A stretch of DNA of 64,000 nucleotides, taken from positions 9,207 through 73,206 of the forward strand of contig JAJPKF010000024.1 in the NCBI GenBank assembly GCA_021323865.1. Reading direction: 5' to 3'. Positions 25,474-34,295 of the stretch are shown piece after piece. How positions within the stretch are numbered: the first letter of the stretch is position 1; every line of letters starts with the position of its first letter. The notes under the pieces were generated by a model, which ran no database searches, was not told the DNA's origin, and saw nothing but the letters and a program-made list of their open reading frames with translations. This DNA comes from Pseudomonadota bacterium. Lineage in GTDB: Bacteria; Chloroflexota; UBA5177; JAJPKF01. The position numbers were made by a program, and so were the translations under genes.

Positions 25474-26787
25474 CTAAAACTGCCTGGGATCAACCCAGTC
25501 GCGGCCCACGATGACCACAACGGGTTGGGAGTAGGGGAGGGACTGCGCGGTGACGTGGGCCCCCAGGAGGTCTCCGGCCATTCGCGCCACGAAGTCGCCG
25601 CCTCCCCGGGAGTTGTTCTTGATGACGTGTGTTTGTGTGTAGCCCGAGCTGGCCGCGTTAGCAACCTGGGTCACGTCGAAGCCTGAGGCTCGCATCCAGG
25701 CGGCCGCCTGAGCGGCCGCGCCGGGCATGCCGCTGCCGTTGAGGACGGCGATTGGCCGGGAGGCCAGATCGGGGTCCTGGAACGTCTGCCGCGCAATCCA
25801 GTGAATGCGAGGCCAGTTGGGCAGCAGGACGTCGGCCCCGCCCGCGGTCGTGTAGTTCGAGACCGCGTTGTTGGCGTAATTCAGGGCAGATCGATGGACG
25901 TGAGATTTGGGAGCGGTCATGACCAGCCGCGCCAGATAGGTGAGATCCGGATAGGGGAAATTGGTGTCGACGGCCTGACCGAGCGCTGCCAGTATGCCGG
26001 GAAGGTTGATGAGAGTGGTGGGCCGCAGCATCTGCTGCTTGAGGGCCACCAGCAGCTGCTGCTGACGCTGATTGCGACCCAGGTCTCCCAGCGGATCGTC
26101 GTGACGTGTGCGTACGTACTCCAGCGCCAGCTGTCCGTTCATGTGCTGGACGCCGGCTCGGATATGGAGCGGTGCGTAGCCGTAGCCGGTCGGTGCCGGA
26201 TAGAAGGGATCGTCAATGCGCCGCTTGACGTCGATGGTGACACCGCCGGCGGCGTCAATCACCTTTTGAAAGCCGGTGAACTTGATGATCGCGTAGTAGC
26301 GGATGGGCATGTTCACGATGCTCTCCGCCGTCCGGATGAGCTTCTTCGTGCCGCCATATCCGTAGGCGTCGTTGACGCGATCCGGCCCCACGCCGGGAAT
26401 GGTGACCCATAGGTCCCGCGGGATAGACAGCATGCGAACGGAGCCGCTTCCGGGCAGGATGGACACCACCATCATGGTGTCGGTGTGGGGGAACTGGCCG
26501 GCCATGCCGGGCCGCTCGTCCAGGCCTACGACCACCATATTGACCGGGTCGGTCCCGTTCCAGGCGACGGCGCCCGACTGTGTTTTGACAAAGAAAGAGG
26601 TGAGGCTGCGCGACAGCGTGGGCGAGAACGCCACCAGCAGCGTGGCCACGATCAGCAACGCGAAGAAGCTCAGGACCAGCATGAGCAACCGCGTGAGCAG
26701 CGATCGGACCGTGATCGCGGAGGCGCCGGAGGCGCCCGTGAACAGGTGGTAGGAGCTGGTGGGCGCTCGGGTCTGGGTCGCCGTCAT
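25474..26787 (-). CDS. LytR-CpsA-Psr (LCP) family cell-wall polymer ligase with LytR_C domain
   Basis: N-terminal TM helix. The LCP core is MVVVGLDERPGMAGQFPHTDTMMVVSILPGSGSVRMLSIPRDLWV...VNDAYGYGG. The C-terminal LytR_C-like region is LNGSGMPGAAAQ. Confidence 0.85.
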   Translation of the reverse strand: MTATQTRAPTSSYHLFTGASGASAITVRSLLTRLLMLVLSFFALLIVATLLVAFSPTLSRSLTSFFVKTQSGAVAWNGTDPVNMVVVGLDERPGMAGQFPHTDTMMVVSILPGSGSVRMLSIPRDLWVTIPGVGPDRVNDAYGYGGTKKLIRTAESIVNMPIRYYAIIKFTGFQKVIDAAGGVTIDVKRRIDDPFYPAPTGYGYAPLHIRAGVQHMNGQLALEYVRTRHDDPLGDLGRNQRQQQLLVALKQQMLRPTTLINLPGILAALGQAVDTNFPYPDLTYLARLVMTAPKSHVHRSALNYANNAVSNYTTAGGADVLLPNWPRIHWIARQTFQDPDLASRPIAVLNGSGMPGAAAQAAAWMRASGFDVTQVANAASSGYTQTHVIKNNSRGGGDFVARMAGDLLGAHVTAQSLPYSQPVVVIVGRDWVDPRQF

Positions 26788-26796
26788 CCAGATAGT

Positions 26797-27861
26797 CTAG
26801 TCGCTGAAGGCTGGCAGAGCGGGCTTCAGATTCTCGACTGGAATGAGCGCGGAGCCGCCTTCCGCGAGGGCCACCGTGGCAGCGGGGCCGGAGTATCCCG
26901 AGGCCGCGCGGCCGGCCGGGTCAACGGAGACGATCTCGCCCTCGGTCAGCCGGAGACCGGAGAGGAAGGTCACCCGGGCTCCCGCGCCAAGCTCATCGGG
27001 CTCGATCGCGACCGACCCGCCATGTTGTCCGGTCAGGATCAAGGCGCCCAGCCGCCGTGATTCCTTGTGGCAGACGACCGCGGCCGGCAGACCGGCCGCC
27101 GGTCGCAGGAGATTCCGCGGTCCGGAATGGATCCCCATGCCGCCATAGCCGGATAGCAGCAGCAGTGTGGGCGCTCTCCCCGAGAGACCTCGGCGGGCCA
27201 CCACCGTGCCGTGTGAGACGCCGCCGACGACCAGGGCAACAGGCTGATGCTCGCCGAAGCTGTCTTGGACCAGCTGCAAAAGGTCGTCTGGAGGCGGATC
27301 AAGAAAGGCGAGGATGCGGGGAGGCATGTCCGCGGCAGCAGACCCAAGACGGGCAAGATCGGCCGAGGCAGATGTCCCCTCGATGACCGTCAGCACGCCG
27401 AATGCGTCCGGCCCGTCCACCAGGGCGGCGTCCAGCACCCTTCCCTCCACCGCCACGCCGATGCCCTGATCGTTGACGGATGCGACTTGGCCGGCGACCC
27501 GCGACGTGACGGTGTGCTCCACCTCTGTCGGACGAATGACCACCACACCGTCCTGTCCCAGCACGCCCCGAATGACGCCTGAGACGGGCGATACCACCTG
27601 GCGTTTGCCGAAGCCGAATGGGCCGGAGGATCGAGCGAGCACCTCACCCTCGGTCACACTATCGCCCCGGCGCTTGGCAATCGCCCGAGCAAGCTGCCTG
27701 CCCTGCCGCTTGATCGCCGGGCCAACCTCCACGGTCTGCAACTGCGATTCGGGCGTCGTTCGCGCGATCGGGTCGCCGGCCAGCACCGCCTGGCCCTCCT
27801 GGACCAGGGGCGTAAACCGGCTCATGGCGTGCAGGTACACGAATGGGTTAGCTGGGACCAC
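26797..27861 (-). CDS. hypothetical protein (no recognisable domain; Gly/Val-rich, possibly beta-helical)
   Basis: 354-aa ORF with high GC3. It is operonic, sitting 10 nt upstream of the LCP gene and 4 nt downstream of the ASKHA ATPase gene. Confidence 0.5.
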   Translation of the reverse strand: MVPANPFVYLHAMSRFTPLVQEGQAVLAGDPIARTTPESQLQTVEVGPAIKRQGRQLARAIAKRRGDSVTEGEVLARSSGPFGFGKRQVVSPVSGVIRGVLGQDGVVVIRPTEVEHTVTSRVAGQVASVNDQGIGVAVEGRVLDAALVDGPDAFGVLTVIEGTSASADLARLGSAAADMPPRILAFLDPPPDDLLQLVQDSFGEHQPVALVVGGVSHGTVVARRGLSGRAPTLLLLSGYGGMGIHSGPRNLLRPAAGLPAAVVCHKESRRLGALILTGQHGGSVAIEPDELGAGARVTFLSGLRLTEGEIVSVDPAGRAASGYSGPAATVALAEGGSALIPVENLKPALPAFSD

Positions 27862-27865
27862 GTTT

Positions 27866-29611
27866 TTAGTCCAAGCCCGACAGGACTTCGGCGTCGACGG
27901 CGTCCATCACCTGGAGCCATTCCATGAGATGCGCCTGCCGGATCAAGTCGTCGGCGGAGAGGACCATCGGCCTGCCGCGCGCGTCCACGACCAACCCCAG
28001 AATCCCGCCCTCAACGGTCTGACCATCCCCTTCCTCGCCACCATCGACCTGACCGCGGGCCCAATATCCGTCGCTCTCCTGCAGCCGGAAGGAGACCCGG
28101 CGACTGGTGGTGACTCGCAGTGAGGAGACCTGGCCGGGGCGGAGAGGGATGAGCATCAGGGAACCGAAGCGTACGTCGAAGGTGGTGCGCTCCGCAGTGC
28201 CTTCCACGCTCAGGATCTCAACCTCGATCTCTCCCACGGTTTCGCCGTCCGTCGCCCGGCCCATGAGGCTCAGGCAGGGACCCAGGTCGACGAGGGTATC
28301 GCTCTTGAGGAGAGAGAGCCCGGCCTGAGTATCGTGCGGGGCGAGGGCGCCGACGCGGGCCAGAATGCCCGACGCATCTGCCAGCAACCGGCACGGCCCG
28401 GCAGGCTGCAGCGCATCCAAGAGAACCAGCGCCGTCTGACCGAATCGAGGATACGCGGCCGCGGGACCGGTGACGGCGACCAGCTCCGGCACAACCGTCC
28501 ACTGAGGATTGCGCGTCGCAATGGCACATTCCCGGGCGACCGCCTGGTCGATAAGCAAACCCTGGACGTCGCCGGCCCGAGGCTCACGTCGAAGTGCGCG
28601 ATTGCCCAGGTAGTCCATCAGCCCCTCCGGGGGCAGGTCAAAGGGCAGCCAGCGAAGGAGAGCGGACGGTGATATCGCATCGAGCACCCGAGAGAACCCC
28701 TCGCCCGTACCCAGACGAGTGTGGCCCGTGAGAACGGACTGATCGCCTCCGTTCCTTCGCTCGAGGGCTTGATCGTGCGCCACCACGATATGGGTCTCGG
28801 GTCCGCCCAGGTCGAGGAGGCAGGTGTTGGCCTGCGCGGTGGTCTGGAGGGTGCATGCCGCGGCTTCTAAGGCGGTGGGGCGAGTCTCCAGCGGTCCGCG
28901 GGTCCCGGTTCGAGCGCGCAACGGCTCCAGCCGCTGCCGCACCCGCTCGGCTACCGCGGTTCGAGCCGCGGCGAGATCGAAGCCGCTGTGCCCCCAATCG
29001 ACCGTGCCCGCGGTGATCAGCTGGGCCGCCGAGGTGAGATCGTTGTTGAGTGTGGTCGCGACTTCCGTGGGGCCGCTGAAGAGGAGCAGGGCCCGACCGG
29101 CCGGTGTCTTGATCCTGACGGCGCGCAGAAGCGCCGAGAGCAGCTCGGCCTCTTGGCGGCTTCGCAGGGAGGCGAGAATGACCTCCAGTGTGCAGCCGTC
29201 CAGGGCACGGGCGGCGGCTCCGGCGCCGGATGGTGCGCGGCCACGCGTGTCGAGGATCAACTCCAGGCTCACGTCTAGGTCGGGAAGCTGTGCGGCCCGC
29301 TCTCGGAGGGCCCGAAGGCCGTCCACGGTCCCGGCGATCAGCACGGTGGGCAGGGTGAGAGTGGCCACGGCTGCCACCAGCGGCGGCGCCGCCGAGCGAT
29401 CGACCATGCACCAGCCGGACAGCCGCTCCAAGGTCCTCAGGGCCTCACCAAGGCCGGCGGTGGGGTCAGCTCCGTTTGCGCCCGCCCTCGAGTCGAGAAC
29501 CAGCCGCTGCCTACCTTCCGAGGGAGCCATAACGCCCACACGGACATAGTCCTCACCGATGTCGGCCAGCAGTCCCGCGGTCATGCCGGGCCGCTGGGCG
29601 GTTTCCGTCAT
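27866..29611 (-). CDS. actin-fold (ASKHA) ATPase, FtsA/PilM-like core with ~180-aa C-terminal extension
   Basis: Phosphate-1 GLLADIGEDYVRVGV, phosphate-2 CLLDLGGPETHIVVAHD and an adenosine-like LVAVTGPAAAYP are spaced as in FtsA-type ASKHA proteins. Confidence 0.55.
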   Translation of the reverse strand: MTETAQRPGMTAGLLADIGEDYVRVGVMAPSEGRQRLVLDSRAGANGADPTAGLGEALRTLERLSGWCMVDRSAAPPLVAAVATLTLPTVLIAGTVDGLRALRERAAQLPDLDVSLELILDTRGRAPSGAGAAARALDGCTLEVILASLRSRQEAELLSALLRAVRIKTPAGRALLLFSGPTEVATTLNNDLTSAAQLITAGTVDWGHSGFDLAAARTAVAERVRQRLEPLRARTGTRGPLETRPTALEAAACTLQTTAQANTCLLDLGGPETHIVVAHDQALERRNGGDQSVLTGHTRLGTGEGFSRVLDAISPSALLRWLPFDLPPEGLMDYLGNRALRREPRAGDVQGLLIDQAVARECAIATRNPQWTVVPELVAVTGPAAAYPRFGQTALVLLDALQPAGPCRLLADASGILARVGALAPHDTQAGLSLLKSDTLVDLGPCLSLMGRATDGETVGEIEVEILSVEGTAERTTFDVRFGSLMLIPLRPGQVSSLRVTTSRRVSFRLQESDGYWARGQVDGGEEGDGQTVEGGILGLVVDARGRPMVLSADDLIRQAHLMEWLQVMDAVDAEVLSGLD

Positions 29612-29618
29612 GGCCCGC

Positions 29619-30089
29619 TCACGAACCGGGCTCGGGCCGGCCGTGATAGCCGGACTTCAGACGGACGAGCAGGCTGGGGTCGACCCGGTCGAAGGGGCGG
29701 AACATCACTCGAACCTCAGGTGGCTCATGAAGCTCCGGAACGGCGATGCTGATCTCGGTGTGATCATGTTCATCGGCGGCGCCCGACTGACTCTCGGGCG
29801 GTTCCGTCGGCACGAACGCCGGCGCATCCGACGGCTTGAATGCAAATCCGTCGCCGTCTGAGGACAGGATCGGTCCAGGCAGGTTTTGACCCATCGCCGG
29901 CGTGCCGGCTCCCTCCCGAGGGGACTGAGCTTCCCCGCTCTCCTCGACCGCGGAGACGCCGCTGTGACCCACCTCCGGCTCCGGAGGCGGAGCATCACCT
30001 CCGGCAACCTCGAGGGAGGCGCCGCACTTCGGGCAGGTGTCATCAGCGGCGCCCACTGGGGCGGCGCAGACGCGACAGGTTCGAGCCAT
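29619..30089 (-). CDS. zinc-ribbon protein with acidic disordered linker and conserved C-terminal motif
   Basis: CRVCAAPV...CPKCGASL ribbon, a long Pro/Glu/Ser-rich linker, and a C-terminal VMFRPFDRVDPSLLVRLKSGYHG. It is the first gene of the operon. Confidence 0.5.
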   Translation of the reverse strand: MARTCRVCAAPVGAADDTCPKCGASLEVAGGDAPPPEPEVGHSGVSAVEESGEAQSPREGAGTPAMGQNLPGPILSSDGDGFAFKPSDAPAFVPTEPPESQSGAADEHDHTEISIAVPELHEPPEVRVMFRPFDRVDPSLLVRLKSGYHGRPEPGS

Positions 30090-30186
30090 GGCGTTTCCCA
30101 GAGGTGGCCCTGAAATCGCATCAATCTAGCACTTTCGTGGCGTCGCGGACGCGGGTGCTATCCTCTGGCACGTCGGGAGGGTGGCG

Positions 30187-30516
30187 ATGGCAGTTCGGCG
30201 CGGCAAGCGCCGTCGAAAAGAGCGACGGCGCGTCTGGACGGATGGGGAGCGGCCGATCGCACCGCAGCCCCAGCCGGCTGCGACACGCCCGGAGCCGAGG
30301 CGTCGTGGTGGGCGTCCGCTGGCGCAACGATCGCCCATCGTCTCGGGCGCCTTCTGCCTGCTTTGCGTGGTAGGAACGGTATTCACGGCCACCACCTTCC
30401 CGCTCAACGGGCGGCACCTGCTGAACGTCTTCTTTCTGTGCCTCTACGCAGTTCTGGCCATCGTGCAGGGCTGGCTCACCTTCGCGATCCGCCGTGCGCG
30501 CGGCAGCTGGAGTTGA
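30187..30516 (+). CDS. small membrane protein (basic N-terminus, two TM helices)
   Basis: GGGAGGG is 7 nt upstream of ATG 30187. The N-terminus is RRGKRRRKERRR, followed by two hydrophobic helices. Confidence 0.4.
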   Translation: MAVRRGKRRRKERRRVWTDGERPIAPQPQPAATRPEPRRRGGRPLAQRSPIVSGAFCLLCVVGTVFTATTFPLNGRHLLNVFFLCLYAVLAIVQGWLTFAIRRARGSWS

Positions 30517-30534
30517 CCCACCGCTCAGGAGCAA

Positions 30535-31773
30535 CTAAGCTCGACCTCGGACTAGATCGATCAGGCGACCCAGAATGCGGCCTCCGTCCACCCGCAGGCC
30601 GTTGTGTTCGTACTCGCTGGTGACCCACGGTCGGAGACCGCTGATCGTCGCCCCGGTTTCCTTGGACAACTCGTACTCAACGTAAAGGTCATCCCAGTAG
30701 ATAGCGGCCGCGGCCGGCACCTCGTTTCGGCGAAGCGCCTCGACGTCGTAGAGGCGCCCCCATTCGTGTCCTGCCAGGATGTCGGCCGCCTCCTTGAGAG
30801 GGCGGAGCGCGGCTTCGTCGTCAAACACCGAAGGGAAAATGTGCTCGCCGGTGAACTGGTCCGGCTCCCGGAGATCGTCCGGGAGGAGTCGCCCTGCGGA
30901 CCAGCGGGTCGTTCCTCCGTCGGCGTAGCAGGCTTCGTGAAGGATGGCGTATAGCGGGTTGCGCCCGAAGTGAGTCGATGCCTCGACGTCATAGCGAAAT
31001 GCCGGAGAATCCGGCGGAAGCTCGACGATGTGATGGAGCTGGTCGGCCCCGTCACTCCGTCCCAGAAGACCGCCAAGCTGGCGGAAGCGCTCGGGCGTGA
31101 GCCGGTCGCCCGAGGGGAGCCGAACGTCCGAGCCGGCCAGCCGATCGTGTATTCGACGGACACGGTCTCGATCCTCGGGATAGCGCTCGTAGTAGCGACG
31201 AGTCCGTTGTCGAACACGCGGATAGGTGTGCTTGTAGACGTCGTCGACGTCATGTCCGACGGGCGCAAGACCACCCGTGAAGAATGCCTCCCGGAGACCC
31301 TCCGGCGCAATGGAGAGATACGTCGTCAGGCAGAAGCCGCCGAAGCTCTGGCCCAGGACCGACCACCCATCGACGCCCATCGCCTTCCTGATCCACTCGG
31401 CGTCTCGAACGATGGAATCGGCCCGAAAGTGGGTCAGATACTCGGCCTGCTGTTCGGGAGACATGCCCGGAAGCGCCCCAACCGGCGTCGAGCGGCCCGT
31501 GCCCCGCTGATCCAGCAGCAGGACGCGGTAGTCCTGCAGCGCTCGAGCAACCCACCCGGAGGGAGGTCCAGTGACGCGGGCGGCTTCGCCCCCTGGCCCG
31601 CCCTGGAGGAACAAGAGATACGGCCGCTCTTGGCCCTCCGGATCGGCGATTTCTCGCACGAACACGTTGATGGTGCGGCCGTCGGGTCGTTCGTGATCCA
31701 GAGGGACGTCGAATTCGTGCTCGACGGTGATCATGCCCGGAGAGCGGTACCGGGAGGGCAGCTCCTCGCTCAA
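30535..31773 (-). CDS. alpha/beta-hydrolase, proline iminopeptidase (S33) family
   Basis: LFLQGGPGG motif and nucleophile elbow GQSFGG. Confidence 0.8.
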   Translation of the reverse strand: MSEELPSRYRSPGMITVEHEFDVPLDHERPDGRTINVFVREIADPEGQERPYLLFLQGGPGGEAARVTGPPSGWVARALQDYRVLLLDQRGTGRSTPVGALPGMSPEQQAEYLTHFRADSIVRDAEWIRKAMGVDGWSVLGQSFGGFCLTTYLSIAPEGLREAFFTGGLAPVGHDVDDVYKHTYPRVRQRTRRYYERYPEDRDRVRRIHDRLAGSDVRLPSGDRLTPERFRQLGGLLGRSDGADQLHHIVELPPDSPAFRYDVEASTHFGRNPLYAILHEACYADGGTTRWSAGRLLPDDLREPDQFTGEHIFPSVFDDEAALRPLKEAADILAGHEWGRLYDVEALRRNEVPAAAAIYWDDLYVEYELSKETGATISGLRPWVTSEYEHNGLRVDGGRILGRLIDLVRGRA

Positions 31774-32179
31774 CGCGTCGCCCTCGGCTGGCGGTCGCCA
31801 GCGGGGTGAAACCGAGCCGGTCTGTGGTGTCCAGTATTCATGATTGCCCCGCGAATGGATTCAGTCCACGTTTCAGTCTGTGGCATGAGCCAGTCCGACC
31901 AGCTCTGCCATACACCGGACGGAAATCAGCACACTACAGGCGCAAGTCTCGCTCCGCAAACCCAGCTGGTCAGGAATCAACAAAGCCAGGAGCTAAGGGG
32001 AAACCCGCGGCTCTTTCTAACTCCTCTGCTGATAAGTTACTTGACTCTCTTCTTAGCAAGGTTTTGGAGTACACTTGGGTGAGGCTCAGGCTGAGCCATC
32101 TCATTCACCTTCAATCTCCGGCCGTGAGAATGAGGCCGGAGCATTGAGCCCTCGGTCCTCAAAGGAGGGACCACTCGTG

Positions 32180-33100
32180 ATGCAGCGACGCAACTGGTAC
32201 GGACGAGACGTCAGCCTTCAGATCCGGATGGCCGTGACGGTCCTCCTGCTGATCGTGACCTTCCTGATCTTCGGCGCTGTGCTCTTCGCTTTCACCAAGG
32301 TCTACCTGTTTCTGATCATCATCCCGCTGATTGGGTTGGTGGTTCAGTATTTCGCCTCCGACAAGCTGGTGCTGGCCGCGACGGGCGCCAAGGAGGTATC
32401 GCCTCAGCAGGCCCCACAGCTGCACGACATGGTGGCGCGGCTTGCCCAGCTGGCCGATCTGCCCAAGCCCAAGATCGCGCTGATGGACAGCGCCATGCCC
32501 AACGCTTTTGCCACGGGCCGCAATCCCAAGCACGCCGTGGTGGCCGTGACCTCGGGCCTCCTAAACCGGCTCACCCCCGCGGAGCTGGAGGCCGTTCTGG
32601 GCCATGAGCTGACTCACATCCGCAACCGCGACATGACGGTGATGACCATGGCCAGCTCGATTCTGGCCGTCGCCTCGTGGCTCACCCAGATTCTCATCTG
32701 GACCGGGATGTGGGGCGGCATGGGTGGCGGCTTCGGCGACCGCCGGCGCGACAACAACCAGGCCTACGGCCTTCTGGTGGTGCTGGCCGTCTCTGTTCTG
32801 ACCTGGTTCGTCAGCTACGTCCTCATCAACGCCCTGTCCCGATATCGCGAATACGCCGCCGATCGCGGCAGCGCCATCCTGACCGGCTCGCCCGAGAATT
32901 TGATCTCGGCCCTGGTCCGCATCAGCGGCGACATGGCGAGGGTTCCGACGGAAGACCTGCGTAAGGCCCAGCCCATGAGCGCGCTCTACATCGCGCCTCC
33001 GCAGCGTGAGTACCTGACCGAGGTGTTCTCGGATCATCCGTCTCTGCAGCACCGGATCGCCCGGCTCCAGAGTTTGCAACAGCAGATGGTGGCCGTATGA
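32180..33100 (+). CDS. htpX: zinc metalloprotease HtpX (M48)
   Basis: HELTHIRNRD zinc motif, four TM helices, and NPKHAVVAVTSGLL. The AAAGGAGGG SD is 10 nt upstream of ATG 32180. The track ORF starts at an upstream TTG. Confidence 0.9.
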   Translation: MQRRNWYGRDVSLQIRMAVTVLLLIVTFLIFGAVLFAFTKVYLFLIIIPLIGLVVQYFASDKLVLAATGAKEVSPQQAPQLHDMVARLAQLADLPKPKIALMDSAMPNAFATGRNPKHAVVAVTSGLLNRLTPAELEAVLGHELTHIRNRDMTVMTMASSILAVASWLTQILIWTGMWGGMGGGFGDRRRDNNQAYGLLVVLAVSVLTWFVSYVLINALSRYREYAADRGSAILTGSPENLISALVRISGDMARVPTEDLRKAQPMSALYIAPPQREYLTEVFSDHPSLQHRIARLQSLQQQMVAV

Positions 33101-33672
33101 GCCTGCTTGACGCCCTGCTTGGGCGTGACAAGCCGGCCAAATCGAAGACGGAAGCGCTCTTTGCCCTGACCACCTGCGAGCCCACGCTGGTGACGGAGCT
33201 AAACCTGTCGCCGACCAACCACGCCGCGATCTCCTTCCGGCCCGTATCCAGCGGCGACTGGACCTCCATGGAGCAGGAGATCGACGACCTGCTGAAGGTC
33301 AGCACCCGCGACGCGCCCCTGGAGTGGAAGTCGTTCGCCGACGACTACGGCTTCAAGTGGATCGTGCTCAAGGCCAACGAGTTTGAGAACCTGGTGGCCA
33401 CCATCAACATGATCGGTGACGAGCTGGGCAGCCACGGGTTTGGGGAGCAGCTGCTGGCCGCGATTGTTCAGCTGAAGGACCAGAATGGCCGCTCCGCCTA
33501 TCTGATCTACAACTACAAGCGAGGAACCTTCTATCCCTTCGTGCCCAATCCGGATCGAGCTCAGGACCGCCTCAATGCCGAGGAGTTTCGCATGAGCGGC
33601 GTGCTGAAGGGAGAGCTACCCATTGAAAAGGAGATCGAAGCCTGGTATCCCCTATGGGGAGTGCCCCTCTGA
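33097..33672 (+). CDS. hypothetical protein co-transcribed with htpX
   Basis: Its ATG overlaps the htpX stop (ATGA). It is a 191-aa soluble protein with no recognised domain. Confidence 0.6.
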   Translation: MSLLDALLGRDKPAKSKTEALFALTTCEPTLVTELNLSPTNHAAISFRPVSSGDWTSMEQEIDDLLKVSTRDAPLEWKSFADDYGFKWIVLKANEFENLVATINMIGDELGSHGFGEQLLAAIVQLKDQNGRSAYLIYNYKRGTFYPFVPNPDRAQDRLNAEEFRMSGVLKGELPIEKEIEAWYPLWGVPL

Positions 33673-33722
33673 CCTATCGCCATACTGGTCTTGGTCGCGC
33701 GCAATCTCGACCTCTTGAAAGG

Positions 33723-34295
33723 TCAGATGCCTGGCGTTCTGCCATCGAGCAATTCCTTGAATAGACCCGCCGCGGCCGCGTAGACGGCCCCGACGCCGAG
33801 GCCGATGCCCGCTCCCGATATGACGTCGAAGGGATAGTGAACGCCGACATAGACTCGGGAGTAAGAGATGGTTAGCCCGAGAGCCAACAGCCCACTGGCC
33901 TGTTCCGGGTATGAGGCAATCAGTGTGGTCATGGCGGCGGCCGAGGATGCCGCGTGGGCCGAGGGCCAGGAGTGCTGTTTCTCCCGGCCCACGAGAAGGG
34001 CCGGACGCAGCTTGGAACGCCGGTAGGGGCGCTGCCTCCGGATGGCCGGCTTGAGCAGCAGGTTCACGATCCCCTGGGCCGTGAGCGTGGCGGCCATGGT
34101 GAGCGCCGCCGCCCGGCGTGCCCGCCTTCCGCCCAATAACGCCATGGCGCCACAGATCGCGATCCAGGCGCTGCTCTTGGTCCCTGCCCGAGTTGCGCTG
34201 ACCATAATCGGGTCCAGCGCTTCCGACCGCAGCCGTCTGTGGATGAGCCGATAGAGCCAACCGTCGATGCCGGGCAGGAGCCGTAGCAGCCCCAT
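33723..34295 (-). CDS. PAP2-family lipid phosphatase
   Basis: PAP2 motifs KxxxxxxRP (KPAIRRQRP), PSAH (SWPSAHAAS) and SRxxxxxHxxxD-like (SRVYVGVHYPFDVISG). Confidence 0.8.
   Translation of the reverse strand: MGLLRLLPGIDGWLYRLIHRRLRSEALDPIMVSATRAGTKSSAWIAICGAMALLGGRRARRAAALTMAATLTAQGIVNLLLKPAIRRQRPYRRSKLRPALLVGREKQHSWPSAHAASSAAAMTTLIASYPEQASGLLALGLTISYSRVYVGVHYPFDVISGAGIGLGVGAVYAAAAGLFKELLDGRTPGI

Noticed and set aside
31774-32180. CIRCE/HrcA operator upstream of htpX and hsp20
   Set aside because: No TTAGCACTC-N9-GAGTGCTAA-like inverted repeat is present. Only unrelated short hairpins were found.
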